From: an uncultured delta proteobacterium
Lineage (GTDB): Bacteria; Myxococcota_A; Polyangia; Polyangiales; Polyangiaceae
NCBI GenBank assembly: GCA_963696385.1
Contig: CAVOKF010000007.1
Location: 192,001-256,000, forward strand
DNA: 64,000 nucleotides
Reading direction: 5' to 3'
Each line of letters starts with the position of its first letter. Position 1 is the first letter of the stretch. The translations under genes and the position numbers were made by a program. The notes beneath the pieces were generated by a model. That model did not search any database. It was not told the DNA's origin and saw nothing but the letters and a program-made list of their open reading frames with translations. Shown one piece after another: positions 60,941-64,000 of the stretch.

Positions 60941-61349
60941 GTACCTGGTCGTGGGCGGATGGGCCGTCGGTTACCATGCCGAGCCACGCTTTACGAAGGA
61001 CCTTGATCTGTTCATCGGCCCCTCGGACCAAAACCTTGAGGCGGTAGCGCGTGCGCTCGCGCAGTTCGGGGCCCCGGCGGCGATCGTCGAGACCCTTCGT
61101 GGCCTCGGGCCCGACGAGTTCATGTTTCTCGGGGCGTCGCCGGTGCGCGTCGACCTTCTGCGGCGCATCGATGGCATCGCGTTCGCTGAAGCGTACGCGC
61201 GCCGGATTAGGGTGAATTGGGACGGCGTCGCCGTCTCGCTGGTCTGCCTCGATGACTTGGTCGCAGCAAAGCGCGCTGCCGGTCGTGAACGGGACCTGCG
61301 CGATCTCAAGCAGCTTGAGGCCGCGCGAACGCGGAGACGCGGCGGGTAA
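60882..61349 (+). CDS. Minimal nucleotidyltransferase (DUF6036-like)
   Basis: YLVVGGWAV, RFTKDLDLFI, RVDLL, LVAAKRAAGRERDLRD. Confidence 0.85.
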   Translation: MDLHPDFKDLLSALADTNAEYLVVGGWAVGYHAEPRFTKDLDLFIGPSDQNLEAVARALAQFGAPAAIVETLRGLGPDEFMFLGASPVRVDLLRRIDGIAFAEAYARRIRVNWDGVAVSLVCLDDLVAAKRAAGRERDLRDLKQLEAARTRRRGG

Positions 61350-61860
61350 ACCGAGCCCGAACTACGCTCAGCCAGGGTCGAGCGAAAGCGTCGGAGGCTG
61401 TCGTGCCCGGGTGCGGTGCTCGGCGTATGTGGAGGCGAAATGATGGGCGGGAAGACGTCGCCGTACGACGCTGGCGCCGTCGTTACGTACTTCCACCAGA
61501 CGCTGAACGCATCGGGCTTTCTGAAGCTCAGCGACTGAGCGGCGTGACCCTGCGTAGCCGAGAGCCCCCAAGAGGCGCAAGAGCCTTGTCGTACTGCCAA
61601 CCGTGTTCTCGTCTGGCCCGCTCGGCCTCTCCGCCGTCGCCCCCTTGCGGCAAACCGTCAGTGAAGCGGCGGCCCTCCGAGAACCGGTCGGCAAGGTGCG
61701 CGACAAAATGCTTCCATGGACCCTCCGCAGCTTGCCGAGCCGCCGGCTTGGCGCCCTCGGGGACACCGGGAGTGCGGGCAAACCATCGCCGCAAGTAAAT
61801 CCCGAACGCCTCCGACAGGAGCTCGAGGTCGTGGTGATCGCGTGCCCGGAGAGGCTTTCG

Positions 61861-62073
61861 CTACGCCTTCTCCATCGCTTCACCGTCTTCAACCACTTGC
61901 TCGACCGCGGGCGGTGGTGGGGGGGGAGGGGCGATCTGAGGACCGAACCCGGCGCCCAACCCGATCGCCAGCGCGCCCCATGTACGCCACAGGACGCGCC
62001 GGGCGCGCGACGCTATCGCGATCGCGCGACGCAACCACGCGATGACGTGGTCACGTCGAGTTCCTCTCGACAT
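61861..62073 (-). CDS. Small hypothetical peptide with poly-Pro
   Basis: GAGGAGAG-type RBS, LAIGLGAGFGPQIAPPPPPPP. Confidence 0.45.
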   Translation of the reverse strand: MSRGTRRDHVIAWLRRAIAIASRARRVLWRTWGALAIGLGAGFGPQIAPPPPPPPAVEQVVEDGEAMEKA

Positions 62074-62121
62074 GCTCTCTCTCCTCTGCTGTTGGGCGAA
62101 CGACGAGGGGCGTCGCGGCTC

Positions 62122-62424
62122 TCAGCAGAGGAGCGAGCAGTGACGAAGGTACTTCCGAGAACTCAGCGCCCGTGGCGATTGAAGCTGCGCGAGAGGGCGC
62201 GCGTCGTCAGACCACACGACCGGCGTCGTCGGGGTCGGTCGCGACAGGACTCGCGATGCGCTCGGCGAGGTCTCTTCCGTGGCATACGGCGCCTCGGCAG
62301 CGAAGCGCGTGGCGGCGACCAGCACGACGTCGTCGAAGACGCCCGGTACCGCTGGCACGGGTGGCGCCAGAACGAACGCCAGAACGAACGCCAGACACGC
62401 GACGAGCAGTCGCGCCACACGCAT
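62122..62424 (-). CDS. Small hypothetical exported protein ending KYLRHCSLLC
   Basis: Hydrophobic N-terminus partly encoded by a 12-bp tandem repeat (about 62366-62395); His/Cys C-terminus. Confidence 0.5.
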   Translation of the reverse strand: MRVARLLVACLAFVLAFVLAPPVPAVPGVFDDVVLVAATRFAAEAPYATEETSPSASRVLSRPTPTTPVVWSDDARPLAQLQSPRALSSRKYLRHCSLLC

Positions 62425-62713
62425 CCAACGGCGCGACGGACTGCTCACAGCGAGCAGTGTAGTACGCAGCCGCCGTCGCCGATATCCGAGGCAGGGCCCG
62501 GACTTTTTCGCCGGATCTGGTCGGTCAAAAAAACGTCGGAGCCCTGCTCACGTAAGCGTACGCTTTGCAAGCGCGCTCGGCACGGCATTGGACCCAGCTC
62601 GCCGGGCAGCGCCATCCGTGTCGCTCGTGACGTCGCGAGCGGCATGCGCGTGAAGCGGTCGGGAGGGCTCCCGATCTTCAGTTGGCCACGGGCCCGAACG
62701 ATCTTCGGACAAC

Positions 62714-63553
62714 GTGCGGACCCTCGAAGAGGAAATCGCCAGGCTCCCGGGGATCGAGAAGCTGAAGAACAGGCCCGTCATTTGGAACGAGGAGGTCGGA
62801 GACAAGATCGCCAAGCAGTTCGCGGAGAAGAGCAAGATCCCGACCCTCGCATTCATCGACCCCTGGGGCTACAAGGGTCTGACGTTGCGCCTCGTCGATG
62901 CCTTCCTGCGGGACTGGGGCTGCGACTGCATCTTCTTCTTCAACTACGCGCGCATCAACGCAGGGCTCAGCAACCCAATGGTTCGCGAACACATGGGCGC
63001 GCTGTTCGGGGCAGAGAAAGCAGAAGCCCTGAGCCGAGTGCTGGAGCCTCTCGGGCCTGCCGCGCGAGAGGCCACGATCGTCGAGGCCCTCAGTCAGGCG
63101 CTCAAGGGATATGGGCATCGGTTCGTGTTGCCCTTCTGCTTCAAGAGTGACGCGGGCACCCGCACGAAGCACCACCTAATTCTCGTGACCAAACATTTCA
63201 GGGGCTACGCGGTGATGAAGGACATCATGGTCACCGCCAGTTCAACCCGCGAGCAGGGGGTTCCAAGCTTCAGCTACAGCCCTGCGGACAGCTCGGCTCA
63301 GCAACTCCTCTTCGAGCTGAATCGACCGCTCGATGAGCTTCGGGCGAGACTCCTTCGCGACTTCGCTGGGCAGACGGTGACGATGCGCGCCATTTACGAG
63401 AAGCACTCCGTGGACCGCGCGTACCTCGCCAAGAATCATAAGGACGTGCTGACGGCGATGGAAAGCGATGGGGCCATTAAGACCAGCGGGCGAAAATCCA
63501 AGCGGGGCTTCGCGGACAACATCGTCGTCATCTTCCCGCACGGAGGGCGCTGA
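62714..63553 (+). CDS. tcmP: Three-Cys-motif partner protein TcmP (methyltransferase-like + wHTH), 5'-truncated
   Basis: [46 protein letters not shown]-coupled to DUF5131; N-terminal motif region missing from this frame. Confidence 0.8.
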   Translation: MRTLEEEIARLPGIEKLKNRPVIWNEEVGDKIAKQFAEKSKIPTLAFIDPWGYKGLTLRLVDAFLRDWGCDCIFFFNYARINAGLSNPMVREHMGALFGAEKAEALSRVLEPLGPAAREATIVEALSQALKGYGHRFVLPFCFKSDAGTRTKHHLILVTKHFRGYAVMKDIMVTASSTREQGVPSFSYSPADSSAQQLLFELNRPLDELRARLLRDFAGQTVTMRAIYEKHSVDRAYLAKNHKDVLTAMESDGAIKTSGRKSKRGFADNIVVIFPHGGR

Positions 63554-64000
63554 TGGGACTCGGGTCCGGAATCGAGTGGACGGAGTCCACGTGGAACCCA
63601 GTTACGGGGTGCGACAAGATCAGCCCCGGCTGCAAATTTTGCTACGCAGAGCGCATGGCGGAGCGGCTCCAGGCCATGGGCCAGCCGAACTACAAGAACG
63701 GCTTCGACCTGACGCTCCAACCCCGGATGCTGGGGCTGCCGCTGACGTGGAGGAAGCCGCAGACGATCTTCGTGAATTCCATGAGCGACTTGTTTCACGA
63801 GGACGTGCCTCTCTCGTTCATCAAGCAGGTCTTCGACGTGATGCGACGTGCCCACTGGCATCGGTTTCAGGTGCTCACCAAACGCGCATCGCGTCTGGCG
63901 ACTCTCGACAAAGACCTGACGTGGGCTTCGAACATCTGGATGGGTGTCAGCGTGGAAAGCGCCCGATATGTGGACCGCATCGACGACCTCCGCCGTACCG
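63553..64000 (+). CDS. DUF5131 (phage Gp37/Gp68, three-Cys radical-SAM-like) protein, runs off the window
   Basis: Hand translation: [33 protein letters not shown]...[11 protein letters not shown]...FQVLTKR...[10 protein letters not shown]. Confidence 0.93.
   Translation, partial: MGLGSGIEWTESTWNPVTGCDKISPGCKFCYAERMAERLQAMGQPNYKNGFDLTLQPRMLGLPLTWRKPQTIFVNSMSDLFHEDVPLSFIKQVFDVMRRAHWHRFQVLTKRASRLATLDKDLTWASNIWMGVSVESARYVDRIDDLRRT

Overview
GC-rich bacterial DNA. The gene style (Ser/Thr kinase-PEGA modules, ECF sigma/anti-sigma cassettes, many lipoproteins with Ser/Asp/Ala/Gly-rich linkers, Cys-rich TDPxNCGxCG repeats) points to Myxococcota, probably Polyangiales; this is an inference. (1) 1-9.8 kb is one end of an extracellular contractile injection system (eCIS) locus: sheath-tube-sheath-tube on the minus strand, a divergent DUF4255/Pvc16 gene plus partner, then a GH24 lysozyme facing an LprI (DUF1311) lysozyme-inhibitor-like exported protein. 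(2) 10-37 kb is accessory metabolism: a copper TolC/multicopper oxidase cluster, an NDH-2 fused to a cNMP-binding domain next to a GH63 glucosidase and glucose dehydrogenase, a LytS/LytTR pair in front of cti, a kinase module and a GH28 lipoprotein. (3) 37.7-45.2 kb is a translationally coupled SNF2 helicase + Mre11/SbcD + Rad50/SbcC-like operon, a candidate defence or repair system. (4) 50245-54009 is a complete 3.77 kb IS21-family element with a perfect 6-bp target duplication. It splits an ECF sigma factor and carries three accessory ORFs, two of which appear to overlap in different frames. (5) The right end holds a nucleotidyltransferase pair and a TcmP/DUF5131 pair. At least five single-indel frameshifts, two of them in simple repeats, suggest long-read consensus errors, so the split and fused ORFs should be treated with caution. 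All family calls come from motif recognition, not database searches.
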